The translations under genes and the position numbers were made by a program. A stretch of 63,731 bases of DNA. It comes from an uncultured Bacilli bacterium. Its GTDB lineage: Bacteria; Bacillota_I; Bacilli_A; RF39; UBA660. The DNA is taken from the NCBI GenBank assembly GCA_947628585.1, contig CANRAL010000003.1:1-63731 (forward strand), in the 5' to 3' direction. Positions 9,441 through 19,214 of this stretch are shown here, one piece after another. The notes under the pieces were generated by a model that was given only the letters and a program-made list of their open reading frames with translations, ran no database searches and was not told the DNA's origin. Position 1 is the first letter of the stretch; every line of letters starts with the position of its first letter.

Positions 9441-10907
9441 ATGCTTAATGATGTAAAAATAACTTTAATTACTAAAGAAGAATTTTTTAAAAATGATCAA
9501 AAAGGTTTTTTTAAGCACGATTATCAATTAGATGCTATAAAAAAATATGGAAGCCTAATCTCTGATACTACTTTAGTCAAAATAACTGATGGAAATGGAT
9601 ATTATTCTTGGACTAGAACTAAAGGTGCAGGTAATAAAGTTGGGATAATTGATTCCACTGGAAATTATTCTGAAGTAGTGAGTAATTATCTTCCAGCAGG
9701 GATAAGACCAGTTTTAAAATTGCCTGGTAGAGTAGATAAGATATTTCCAGGCGTAGAGCCTTATTATGAAGGAAAATGTGAATTTGTCGAACTAGGAGAA
9801 TACCCTCAAAATATAAGTGCTGATATTGATTTTCTGTTAGAAACATCATATAAGGAAAATAAATATAAATTAAAAAAGACTGGAAGAGTATTTCATATAA
9901 ATAATCAAATATGTGAAGAATATCAATATATTGATAGTAAAAATTATATTCGATATAGAGTTGATTTAAGAATTTACAAAAGTGTTTATATTAATAGGGG
10001 ATTTGAAAAAGAAAATGGCGAATATATTTGGCTTAATGTTAGACCTGTTAAATGGCTCGTTGATAAAACTGATACTTTAATTTCAGAATATAATTTGCTT
10101 TCGGGGATAATTTTTAGTATGGATGGTTATGATGGTAATTTTGAAAAAACCTATATGTATGATTTTTTAAATAATGTTATGTTTAAAGATATATTTCAAG
10201 ATTACTTACCTAAAAAAGAAGAGGTAAAAGCTGAATCTAAAGAAGAGGCAAAAAAAGAACCTAAAGATAATATTTTACAAATGATTAAAGGATTACTTTA
10301 TAAAACTAAAGAAATAAAAGATGAAGATGATAAAATAAATATTGTTAATGATTTAATGAGTTTAGCAAGACTTTATGCTGATGAACTTATTAAAATTAAA
10401 AATAAAGAAAAAGGTAAATATAAAACTGAAAGAGATTTAATAAGTGAAGGGATATTACCCTATTATGTTTATATTGAAAGAGAAATAGAAAGAGAAATTA
10501 ATATTGATAATAAAGAAAGTAAAAGTCTAGAAATAAAAGAAATAGAGAATAACATAAATAATTTAACAAATAAAGCCAGTTTAATAAGTAATGAAGTAAA
10601 AAGATTAGAGATATTACAAGAAATAGAAAATTTGAGATTAAATTATTTAAATAATTTAGTTAGTAAAAAGAAAAGTTATGAGAAGATAGATTTTACTAAA
10701 CCATTAGAAGAAGTTAAAACAAATAGTGGAGAAGTTAAACTAACATTTATTCCTCCTAAACCAGTATTAATAAAAGAATTGGTAGAAAAAGAATTAGAAA
10801 TAAGTAAAAAAATAAATCAAGAATTAAATAATAATTACATAATAGATGAACTGGTGGATTTAGAAAAGAATGCTAGTGAAATAGTAAAAAGAAAAATATT
10901 TAAATAA
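9441..10907 (+). CDS. Hypothetical protein (N-terminal domain with AGIRPVLKL motif, C-terminal K/E-rich coiled coil)
   Basis: 488-aa ORF with GAGGGTG RBS. Shares a motif with ORF 141..1727. Confidence 0.55.
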   Translation: MLNDVKITLITKEEFFKNDQKGFFKHDYQLDAIKKYGSLISDTTLVKITDGNGYYSWTRTKGAGNKVGIIDSTGNYSEVVSNYLPAGIRPVLKLPGRVDKIFPGVEPYYEGKCEFVELGEYPQNISADIDFLLETSYKENKYKLKKTGRVFHINNQICEEYQYIDSKNYIRYRVDLRIYKSVYINRGFEKENGEYIWLNVRPVKWLVDKTDTLISEYNLLSGIIFSMDGYDGNFEKTYMYDFLNNVMFKDIFQDYLPKKEEVKAESKEEAKKEPKDNILQMIKGLLYKTKEIKDEDDKINIVNDLMSLARLYADELIKIKNKEKGKYKTERDLISEGILPYYVYIEREIEREINIDNKESKSLEIKEIENNINNLTNKASLISNEVKRLEILQEIENLRLNYLNNLVSKKKSYEKIDFTKPLEEVKTNSGEVKLTFIPPKPVLIKELVEKELEISKKINQELNNNYIIDELVDLEKNASEIVKRKIFK

Positions 10908-10983
10908 TTTATATGGTAAATTAATTTATTTAAAACTAGACTATCAATTATTAAATATATTATAATTAATATAGGTGGGTAAA

Positions 10984-11850
10984 ATGAGGTTACATTTTTT
11001 AAAATCGTCATGGGATGACATTATATTATTAGAAGAAAATAATCATTATGCTTTAATAGATACAGGTTTTACAGAACAATTTAAACAAATTCAAAACTAT
11101 TTTACCAAGTTAAATATTAAAAAATTAGATTTTATTTTTTTAACTCATTTTCATCGAGATCATTATGGAAATATTGTTGATATTATTAAAAATTATCAAG
11201 TAGATAATGTATATTTTAAAGATTATAGTGGTCTTGATGGTAAGACCGCGACGGGAATGTCTGCAAGTTTTGAATATCGTCAAGAAGAAATGAATAAATG
11301 TAATTATATAAAAGAAAATATTAGAAAATATAGTAAATTAATTATAATAGATGAGAATATTAGAAATATTAAATTTAATAACCATATTTTTAAAGTGTAT
11401 GCTAGTGATAATAAATTAAATAAAATATTTAATGACAAAAACTCTCCTTATTATAAAAAATATCTTTTAAGTGAGAATTATAATAGTTGTGTTTTATATA
11501 CTAAAATTTATGGTAAAAATATATTATTAAGTGGGGATATAACTGATAGTGAAAAGTATAAAGGTATTGCTTATAAAAATAATTACCAAATTGCTAAAAT
11601 GATTAAGGAGGAGATAGATATTTATAAAGTAGCGCACCATGGAGATATTTATTCTAATAGTAAAGATACTTTAAATATTTATAAACCTAAATATGCTATT
11701 ATAACAAATACTAAAGAAGGATTATTAGACTTAGAAATAGAAAATAATTTAGTATCTTCTAATAAGGATGTAGTAATTTTATATACTGATAAAAATATTA
11801 TATTAGAAATTAATAGTGATGGTAGTATTAAGAATAGTAGAGGTTTATAA
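10984..11850 (+). CDS. MBL-fold metallo-hydrolase
   Basis: HxHxDH motif (LTHFHRDHYGN) and a distal VAHHG. AGGTGG RBS precedes the ATG at 10984. Confidence 0.7.
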   Translation: MRLHFLKSSWDDIILLEENNHYALIDTGFTEQFKQIQNYFTKLNIKKLDFIFLTHFHRDHYGNIVDIIKNYQVDNVYFKDYSGLDGKTATGMSASFEYRQEEMNKCNYIKENIRKYSKLIIIDENIRNIKFNNHIFKVYASDNKLNKIFNDKNSPYYKKYLLSENYNSCVLYTKIYGKNILLSGDITDSEKYKGIAYKNNYQIAKMIKEEIDIYKVAHHGDIYSNSKDTLNIYKPKYAIITNTKEGLLDLEIENNLVSSNKDVVILYTDKNIILEINSDGSIKNSRGL

Positions 11851-13268
11851 TGCGTATTGGTGTTGATATTGATAATGTTTTAGCAAATTTTGATGTCTCT
11901 TTATTAGAAGAATTTCTAAAACACGATAAAACTTTAAGAAATAAAGGAATAATTAATAAAAATGTTTATATAACAAGAGGTATGTTTGATTGGACAGAGG
12001 AAGAATTAAATAGCTTTTATAAGGAAAATATTGAAAGAATAGCCATAAATTTAAAAGTAATTGAAGGGGCTAAAAAATATATTGATAAATTAAGAGAAGA
12101 TGGGCATGAGATATTTATAATTACAGGAAGAAATAATGGAGACTATTCTAACCCTTTTAGAATGACTAAAAAGTGGTTAAAGAAGAATAAAATAAATTAT
12201 GATAAACTCATATTTACTAATGCTTATGAAGTTAATAATAAAACTAAAGCATGTCTTAAATATAATATTGATATTATAATTGAGGATTCCGCTAGAATAT
12301 GTCAAGATTTAGTAGCAAATAATATTAAAACCCTAATTATGGATACACCTTATAATAGAAATTTTAAAATTAATAGAGTACATAATTGGGAAGAAATATA
12401 TAATTACATTGGCAAGATTACTAAAGAGAAAACTAAAGTAATATTAGATACAGATACTTATAATGAATGTGATGATCAATTCGCTTTAGCGTATCTTTTA
12501 AAAAATTCTAATAATTTTACAGTTGAGGCTGTTACAATTGCTCCTTATAAACATTCTTCTAAAAACGAAAGTGTTCAAAGTAATTTAAATAAAAGCTATA
12601 AAGAAGCCCGAAAAATATGTAAATGGTTAAATTTTGATATTAAAAAAATATATAAGGGTTCTTCAAATTTTATTTTGGGTGGCTATAATGAAGATAATGA
12701 GGCAGTTAATAAAATTATTGAAATTGCTCATAAAAATGATAAGACAATAATTTTAGCTATTGGGGCCATTACTAATGTGGCTTTAGCTATTAAAAAGAGA
12801 CCGGAAATAACTGAAAAAATAGAAGTTATATGGTTGGGAGGTAATGATTTAAAATGCCATAATAATTTAGAATTTAATTTTAAACAAGATATTGCGGCTG
12901 TAAAAATTATTTTAAATTCTAAAGTAAAATTAACTATTATCCCTGCTAAAAATGTTACTTCTAAATTAATTATATCTTTAGAAGAATTAAAGAAAAATTT
13001 ATCTAAAAATAAATTAAACAATTATTTAATAAAAAAATTTTATAAAGATGGTTATCATGGTATTCAAGAAAAAAGAGTTATTTGGGATATAGCCGTTGTG
13101 GCCTTTTTAATCAATAATGACTGGTTTAAAACAACATTAATTAGTTGTCCTCTTGTTTTAGAAGATACATCTTATAAATTTACCAATAATAAGCATCAAA
13201 TTATGGTAGTGGAAGATATAAAAGAAAAAGAAATATTTAAGGATTTATTTAGAAAGTTAGGCGAATAA
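11850..13268 (+). CDS. Fusion protein: HAD-type 5'(3')-deoxyribonucleotidase-like N-domain + inosine/uridine-preferring nucleoside hydrolase-like C-domain
   Basis: N-terminal DIDNVL (HAD motif I). Second half begins VILDTDTYNECDDQFAL (DxDxxxDD nucleoside-hydrolase fingerprint). The start overlaps the upstream stop. Confidence 0.65.
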   Translation: MRIGVDIDNVLANFDVSLLEEFLKHDKTLRNKGIINKNVYITRGMFDWTEEELNSFYKENIERIAINLKVIEGAKKYIDKLREDGHEIFIITGRNNGDYSNPFRMTKKWLKKNKINYDKLIFTNAYEVNNKTKACLKYNIDIIIEDSARICQDLVANNIKTLIMDTPYNRNFKINRVHNWEEIYNYIGKITKEKTKVILDTDTYNECDDQFALAYLLKNSNNFTVEAVTIAPYKHSSKNESVQSNLNKSYKEARKICKWLNFDIKKIYKGSSNFILGGYNEDNEAVNKIIEIAHKNDKTIILAIGAITNVALAIKKRPEITEKIEVIWLGGNDLKCHNNLEFNFKQDIAAVKIILNSKVKLTIIPAKNVTSKLIISLEELKKNLSKNKLNNYLIKKFYKDGYHGIQEKRVIWDIAVVAFLINNDWFKTTLISCPLVLEDTSYKFTNNKHQIMVVEDIKEKEIFKDLFRKLGE

Positions 13269-13269
13269 A

Positions 13270-13845
13270 ATGAAATTAACAAAAGATAAGGCTTTAGAAC
13301 TTTTGGAAGATGCCAAAAAAACAACTTTAGACGAAGGGTGGATTATTCATTCTTTATGTGTTGGCGAAACAGCAGGAGTAATTGCTCAAAAATTGAAATT
13401 AGATGTTGATAAAGCCATAACTCTTGGATATATTCATGATATTGGAAAGAGAAATAAAAATACTATTGGTCATGTATTAAATGGTTATGAGTTTTTAAAA
13501 AGTTTGGGTTATGATGAAGAATACTGTAATATTTGTTTAACTCATTCCTATTTAAATAATGACTATCTTTGTACAGCTGGTGGTATTCCAAAAGATATTC
13601 CATTTAGAACTAAATTTATTAAAGAACATGAATATACAATTTATGAAAAAATAATCAATTTATGTGATTTAATGTGTAAACAAAATAGAATGACTTTAGA
13701 AAAAAGATTAATTGATATAATGTTAAGAAAAGGTGTTGCAGAAAATACAGTCTATCATATAAATGAGGCAGAAAAACTTAAAGAAGAAATAGAAAGTATG
13801 ATGGGCTGCTCAGTATATTCGCTTTTTGATGATATAGAAATATAA
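13270..13845 (+). CDS. HD-domain phosphohydrolase
   Basis: H..CV...A and YIHDIGK motifs. The start is 1 nt after the previous stop. Confidence 0.7.
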   Translation: MKLTKDKALELLEDAKKTTLDEGWIIHSLCVGETAGVIAQKLKLDVDKAITLGYIHDIGKRNKNTIGHVLNGYEFLKSLGYDEEYCNICLTHSYLNNDYLCTAGGIPKDIPFRTKFIKEHEYTIYEKIINLCDLMCKQNRMTLEKRLIDIMLRKGVAENTVYHINEAEKLKEEIESMMGCSVYSLFDDIEI

Positions 13846-14032
13846 AAAAGTTTAAAAAATAGGACTTATTAAAATAAAACGAAAATTATCAAAAACATGA
13901 ATGATAAAAATTTAAGTATTGAAGATATAAGGTCATTAGCTAATTTGTATGGACGTGAACTTTCAGAATTTGCAAAATATGCTGATGAAATAATGAAGAG
14001 GTAGAATTACATGTCCGTTTTTGGGTGAAGCA

Positions 14033-14061
14033 TTGACAATTATAGGAAAATACTATACAAT
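14033..14061 (+). promoter_or_regulatory. Orphan sigma-A-type promoter (TTGACA-17-TACAAT)
   Basis: TTGACA at 14033-14038 and TACAAT at 14056-14061. Followed by a hairpin plus T-run at 14075-14109, with no ORF. Confidence 0.35.
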
Positions 14062-14164
14062 GATAATGAAGTTCAGAACTGACAAACACTATGGTGAAGT
14101 CAGTCTTTTAATATAAAGGAGATAAAGAGTTTATAAAAGAAAAAATAATAAACGGTTGAAAGTA

Positions 14165-15475
14165 TTAAATGTTTAATACTTTTTTTAGATAATACATATT
14201 AGTAAAGACAACAAAAAAGATATTAATTATTTCACTTATTACTAAACTATAAATACCAATATGACATAAGGAAAAGATAGCTAAAATAATTAATTTTAAA
14301 AGAACTCCTAATAAGGAAATATTCATAGTTATTTTAGCTTTATCTAATGCTTGTAAAGAAGAAATAATTACTCCTTCGAGGTAAAATAAGACAAAAAAAG
14401 GAGCTAAAATTTTTATATAATTAGATCCACTTGTAGTACGATATAAAGTAAAAAGTAAATTATTTCTAAAAACAAAAATTATAAAAGAAAAAAAGGAACC
14501 AATAATAAAGGCAAAAAGAATACCTTGTTTTATTCTTCTTTTTACCATTGGCATATTTTTTACTTTATAATATTTACTTACTTCGGGTAAAATTGACATT
14601 GATACGGCGGCAATAAAAAAGGAGGGCATAGTAAGTAAAGATAAAGCATAGGCATTATAAATACCATATTCATTTAAGATATAATTATTACTATAACCAC
14701 TTATTAAAAGTAAATTGGTTAAAATAATTGGTTCAAAAAAATAACCAATGTTTCCTACAATGCGACTAGATACGGTTGGTAAGGATATATCTAAAATACT
14801 TTTGGTGGTTTTAAAATTTGGTTGTAATTCCTTTTTATCCAACCGAATTTTTTTAGGTAAAAAGAAAAGAAAAACAATAATGGAAGATATTTCACTAATT
14901 ATAGTTAATAAAACTAAACCAATAACGGCAATTAAAGTACTTTTAAGCATTAATTTAGGTAATACTAAATAAATAATAATTAATCTAATTATTTGTTCTA
15001 TTACGTTACTTGTAGCATGAGGAATCATATTTTGTTTACCATAAAAATAACCTTTAAAAACACTAGAAATAGAAACAAATGGTAGAGTTAGAGCCATAGC
15101 AATTAAAATAGGGTAACTGCGGGGTTCTTTAAGTAAATTAATAGCGATAAATTTTGAAAAAATAAGCATTAAAATAATTAAAACAAAATTAATGGTTAAT
15201 ATTATAAAAGCACTGGTAGATAAAATTTTTAAACATCTTTTCTTAATACTACTATTTTCGGCAATTAATTTGGATATGGCCGTGGGAATGGCTAAAGAGG
15301 AAATAGTTAATAATAAAGAATAAGTGGGAGTTGCAATAGAATATAAAGATACACCTAATTCGCCAATTATTCGCGTATATATTATCTTAATTATAAAGCC
15401 GAGAATTTTCGTTAAAAAGCCACTGATAATTAAAATAAATGTGGATTTTAAAAAGATGTTATCTTTTCTTTTCAT
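14165..15475 (-). CDS. MOP-superfamily polysaccharide/lipid II flippase (MurJ/SpoVB-like)
   Basis: 436-aa polytopic membrane protein. N-terminus FLKSTFILIISGFLTKILGFIIKIIYTRIIG is typical of the family. Confidence 0.65.
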   Translation of the reverse strand: MKRKDNIFLKSTFILIISGFLTKILGFIIKIIYTRIIGELGVSLYSIATPTYSLLLTISSLAIPTAISKLIAENSSIKKRCLKILSTSAFIILTINFVLIILMLIFSKFIAINLLKEPRSYPILIAMALTLPFVSISSVFKGYFYGKQNMIPHATSNVIEQIIRLIIIYLVLPKLMLKSTLIAVIGLVLLTIISEISSIIVFLFFLPKKIRLDKKELQPNFKTTKSILDISLPTVSSRIVGNIGYFFEPIILTNLLLISGYSNNYILNEYGIYNAYALSLLTMPSFFIAAVSMSILPEVSKYYKVKNMPMVKRRIKQGILFAFIIGSFFSFIIFVFRNNLLFTLYRTTSGSNYIKILAPFFVLFYLEGVIISSLQALDKAKITMNISLLGVLLKLIILAIFSLCHIGIYSLVISEIINIFFVVFTNMYYLKKVLNI

Positions 15476-15548
15476 GTTTCACCTTTATTAAATCTTGTAA
15501 TTGTAATATAATGGTTATATAAAATATTATTTAATTTAGGTGAGAAAA

Positions 15549-17687
15549 ATGACTAGTAAAATAACTTTTAAATCTTTAGAAAAAGAATTAAAAAAAAGAG
15601 AAAATTATCAAGAGATATGTGATGCTTATGAATATGCTTTAAAGATGCATGAAGGTATGAAAAGATTAACCGGAGACGATTTAATTGCGCATGTTTTAGA
15701 AGTTACGAAAATATTATTAGATTTAAATGTCGATGATACAACTATTATTGCTTCATTACTTCATGAAGTAATTAATAATGGTACTAGTTCTTATGAAGAA
15801 ATAAAGGATAAATTTGGCTTAGATGTGGCTAATATTGTCGAATCTGTCTCTAAAATAAATAAATTGGAACTTCCTAATAAAGATGAAAGTTCAGCTTACT
15901 ATTTAAGGAAAATATTAATTGGTTTGACGGAAGATGTTCGTTCTTTATACATAAAACTAGCTGATCGACTTCATAATATGAGGACAAATTGGGCAGTTAG
16001 TAAAGAAAAGCAAAAAGAAAAAGCAGAAGAAACTATGGATGTTTTAGTTCCTATTGCGCATCGTTTAGGGATTAATTCCATTAAAAGTGAATTAGAAAAT
16101 TTATCTTTATATTATTTAAAACCCGATGTTTATAATGATATATTGGAAAAATTAAATGATACAGTAAGTAACTTAAATGGTTATTTAGAGGAAATGAAAG
16201 ATGCTTTAATTGATATTTTAACTAATGCGAATATTAAATTTAAAATTAAAGGTCGCGTAAAAAGTGTATATAGTATTTATAATAAATTAAATAATGGAAA
16301 AAAATGGGATCAAATTTATGATATTTTAGCTTTAAGAATTTTTGTCGATAAGGAAAGTGACTGTTATCAAGTTATCGGTTTAATTCATGCTAATTTTCGG
16401 CCAATGCCTAAAAGATTTAAAGATTATATTGCTAATCCTAAAGAAAATATGTATCAGTCTTTACATACGACCGTTTTTGGGGTAGAGGGAAAAATATTTG
16501 AAATTCAAATAAGAACTTATGAAATGGATGAAATCGCGGAAAAAGGGATAGCTAGTCACTGGTCTTATAAAGAAAAAGGAGCTAAAAAAGTTCAAAATAT
16601 TATGGAACAAAAATTAGAATTGTTCCGAAACGTTATTGAAAGTGGGAATAAAGAAGAAGATAATGATTTTGAAGATGCTGTAAATAGTGAAATTTTTTCG
16701 GATTCTATCTACGTTTATACCCCCAATGGGGATTGCTTAGAATTACCTAAGGGTTCAACACCAATTGATTTTGCCTATCGGATTCATTCTAATATTGGGG
16801 ATAAAACAGTTGGTGCTTTAGTAAATGACCAAATTGTGCCTTTAAATACGCTTTTAAATAATGATGATATTATTAGTATTAAAACTAATCCTAATGCCTC
16901 TCCGAATAAAGACTGGTTGAATTTTGTTAAAACTACCCAAGCTAAAAAGAAAATAAAAGCGTATTTTAGTAAACAAGATCGAGAAGAATATATTAATCGG
17001 GGAAAAGATATTTTAGAAAAAGAATTACGGAAAAGAAAACTTAGTTTTAATACCTTATTTAGTAATGAAGCTTTAAAGAAAATTATTACCGATTTAAAAT
17101 TAACTGATTTAGATGATATTTATTTATCAATTGGTTCTTTAAGGTACACAGCCGGTTACATTATAAATTTAGTAAATGAAGAAAAACCGGAAGTAATTGA
17201 TGCCGGTTTAGTAAAAAATAATAATTCTAATTCTAAGACTAACTATAAAGGAACAATATTAGTTGAAGGAGCCAAAGATATATTAGTTAATATTGCCAAA
17301 TGTTGTCTTCCAATTAAAGGGGACGAAATTGTAGGTTATATAACTAAGGGAGATGGAATAACTATTCATAAAAAAAGTTGCAGTAATATTGATTTAGAAA
17401 GTGATCGAATTATAAATGTCAGTTGGAATTATGATAGTAATAATTATTTCCAAACGAATATCTATGTAATGGTAAATGCCAATAAAAATATTATGGCCGA
17501 AATAATCACGGAAATAGGTAAAAAAGATTCTATAGTATTATCATGTAATACTTTAAATAAAGATGATAAAACAATATATGCCATGAATATTAAAGTAAAG
17601 GATAATAAAATGTTAGATACTATTATAAATACCGTTGAAAAAATGAATAATGTTATTAGTGTAAGTAAAGATATGGAGAGTTTATGA
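15549..17687 (+). CDS. relA: Long RelA/SpoT-homologue (p)ppGpp synthetase (hydrolase motifs look degenerate)
   Basis: Motifs ADRLHNMRT, GRVKSVYSIYNKL, YDILALRI and IQIRTYEMDEIAE, plus TGS and ACT regions. AGGTGA RBS precedes the ATG at 15549. Confidence 0.9.
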   Translation: MTSKITFKSLEKELKKRENYQEICDAYEYALKMHEGMKRLTGDDLIAHVLEVTKILLDLNVDDTTIIASLLHEVINNGTSSYEEIKDKFGLDVANIVESVSKINKLELPNKDESSAYYLRKILIGLTEDVRSLYIKLADRLHNMRTNWAVSKEKQKEKAEETMDVLVPIAHRLGINSIKSELENLSLYYLKPDVYNDILEKLNDTVSNLNGYLEEMKDALIDILTNANIKFKIKGRVKSVYSIYNKLNNGKKWDQIYDILALRIFVDKESDCYQVIGLIHANFRPMPKRFKDYIANPKENMYQSLHTTVFGVEGKIFEIQIRTYEMDEIAEKGIASHWSYKEKGAKKVQNIMEQKLELFRNVIESGNKEEDNDFEDAVNSEIFSDSIYVYTPNGDCLELPKGSTPIDFAYRIHSNIGDKTVGALVNDQIVPLNTLLNNDDIISIKTNPNASPNKDWLNFVKTTQAKKKIKAYFSKQDREEYINRGKDILEKELRKRKLSFNTLFSNEALKKIITDLKLTDLDDIYLSIGSLRYTAGYIINLVNEEKPEVIDAGLVKNNNSNSKTNYKGTILVEGAKDILVNIAKCCLPIKGDEIVGYITKGDGITIHKKSCSNIDLESDRIINVSWNYDSNNYFQTNIYVMVNANKNIMAEIITEIGKKDSIVLSCNTLNKDDKTIYAMNIKVKDNKMLDTIINTVEKMNNVISVSKDMESL

Positions 17688-18127
17688 AAGTTTTAGTTCA
17701 AAGAAGTAAGGAAAGTAAAGTATTAGTTAATGGTAAAGAAGTAGGTAAAATTAATAATGGTTTAGTTTTATTTGTTGGTTTTACTAATAATGATAATGAA
17801 GAAATATTAGAAAAAATGGCTAATAAAGTCTGGAATCTTCGAATTTTTGATGATGAACAAGGAATTATGAATAAAAGTATTTTAGATGTAAATGGCCAAA
17901 TATTATCTATTAGTCAATTTACATTATATGCTAATACGAAAAAAGGTAACAGGCCTAGTTATATTGAGGCTTTAAATGGAACTGATGCTTTTAATTTATA
18001 TACTAAATTTAATGCTATTTTACAAGAAAAAGTTAAATTAGAACAAGGGATATTTGGTGCGGATATGCAAGTTTATATTCATAATGATGGACCAATAACT
18101 ATTCTTTTAGAAATGAATCCTAATTAA
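17684..18127 (+). CDS. dtd: D-aminoacyl-tRNA deacylase
   Basis: Motifs SQFTLYA, GNRPSY and NDGPIT. ATGA overlap with the relA stop. Confidence 0.9.
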   Translation: MKVLVQRSKESKVLVNGKEVGKINNGLVLFVGFTNNDNEEILEKMANKVWNLRIFDDEQGIMNKSILDVNGQILSISQFTLYANTKKGNRPSYIEALNGTDAFNLYTKFNAILQEKVKLEQGIFGADMQVYIHNDGPITILLEMNPN

Positions 18128-18178
18128 GTTGTTTCTTGGAATAAAAAAGTCCTTGTTTGAAGGGAGTTTTAAATATTT

Positions 18179-19108
18179 ATGAAAAAGAAAAATAAAAATT
18201 TTAAAATAAATAGAAAATATCGTAAATTAGATAAATGCAATTTACCATTTGAATTTTACGATAAAAATAAGGAAAAATATGAATGGGTAAATTACATAAA
18301 ATATATTGATAATACGATGACATATAATAGGAATAAATATTTAATTGATGCAATAGAAACAATTTGTAAAGTTGGTATAACTTATAATTACAATATTAAC
18401 AATAATTGTAACAATAAAAATTATCAAAGTCATTGTCATAATTTTGATAGTGTATTAAAAGAATTATACTTTTATCCCGAATCTTTTAATATTCCCGATG
18501 AATTCAAAGAAGATTATAGTAAACAAGAATTAAATTTTATTGAGGAAATACAAAAATATTTATTATTTATTAAATTAAAAGATTTCCAATATTCTAAAGA
18601 ATATAAATTAATAGAAGAAAAAGTAACAAAGATATTTAGCCAAGAAAAAATAAATTTAATTGATAAAATTAAAATTGCTTATCTAAATATAAAAAGTCAA
18701 AAAATACTTTATAAAAATAAATTGGCTAGGTGTCATAATGAACGACAAGCAAAATATCAAAATTATGATCACTTAATTCTTTCTAAAGAGAAAATTAAAA
18801 ATATTATAAATAATCACCAAAAATTTTTAATTCGTTATTCTCCTTATTTTAAAAATACTAAAACATTTTCAAGTATTGGAAAAAAATATTTGTTAAAAGA
18901 TGAAAATTATAATATTTTAGCTAGTATAGAAATAATGGAAAATCAGATAATAAAGTTTAAAGATTTTAAACAAGCTATGGCAAAAGAAGTTAAAGATTTT
19001 CAAAATTATAAAAAAGCCTTAAAGAAAAATTATATTGCGTTAGATAAAAGTTTTAATGATGAAAGTTTAATTGTTTATGAAAAGATAAAGGTATTAGAAA
19101 AATATTAA
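18179..19108 (+). CDS. Hypothetical K/N-rich protein
   Basis: 309-aa ORF inserted between dtd and hisS. Confidence 0.5.
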   Translation: MKKKNKNFKINRKYRKLDKCNLPFEFYDKNKEKYEWVNYIKYIDNTMTYNRNKYLIDAIETICKVGITYNYNINNNCNNKNYQSHCHNFDSVLKELYFYPESFNIPDEFKEDYSKQELNFIEEIQKYLLFIKLKDFQYSKEYKLIEEKVTKIFSQEKINLIDKIKIAYLNIKSQKILYKNKLARCHNERQAKYQNYDHLILSKEKIKNIINNHQKFLIRYSPYFKNTKTFSSIGKKYLLKDENYNILASIEIMENQIIKFKDFKQAMAKEVKDFQNYKKALKKNYIALDKSFNDESLIVYEKIKVLEKY

Positions 19109-19214
19109 AATTATCTTGGAGTAGTATCCTAATTAAGCTTTTTACAATTACTTGACATTTTTCTAATTTAGTGATAGGATAATTTTACCTAAAAAAAAGG
19201 GGGTAAAGTTAATT

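Noticed and set aside
9298-14004. Two short ORFs with vaguely similar C-termini: 9325-9408 (..LLAFEEFANDVTMR*) and 13897-14004 (..LSEFAKYADEIMKR*). These could be remnants of a repeated gene or cassette boundaries.
   Set aside because: The similarity is limited to about 12 residues with few identities. This is not distinguishable from chance in K/E/A-rich, AT-biased sequence without statistics.
17685-17687. Mycoplasma-type genetic code (UGA = Trp), given the extreme AT-richness.
   Set aside because: TGA ends relA (17685-87) and rep copy 1 (42949-51). Long housekeeping ORFs are intact under the standard code, so table 11 applies.
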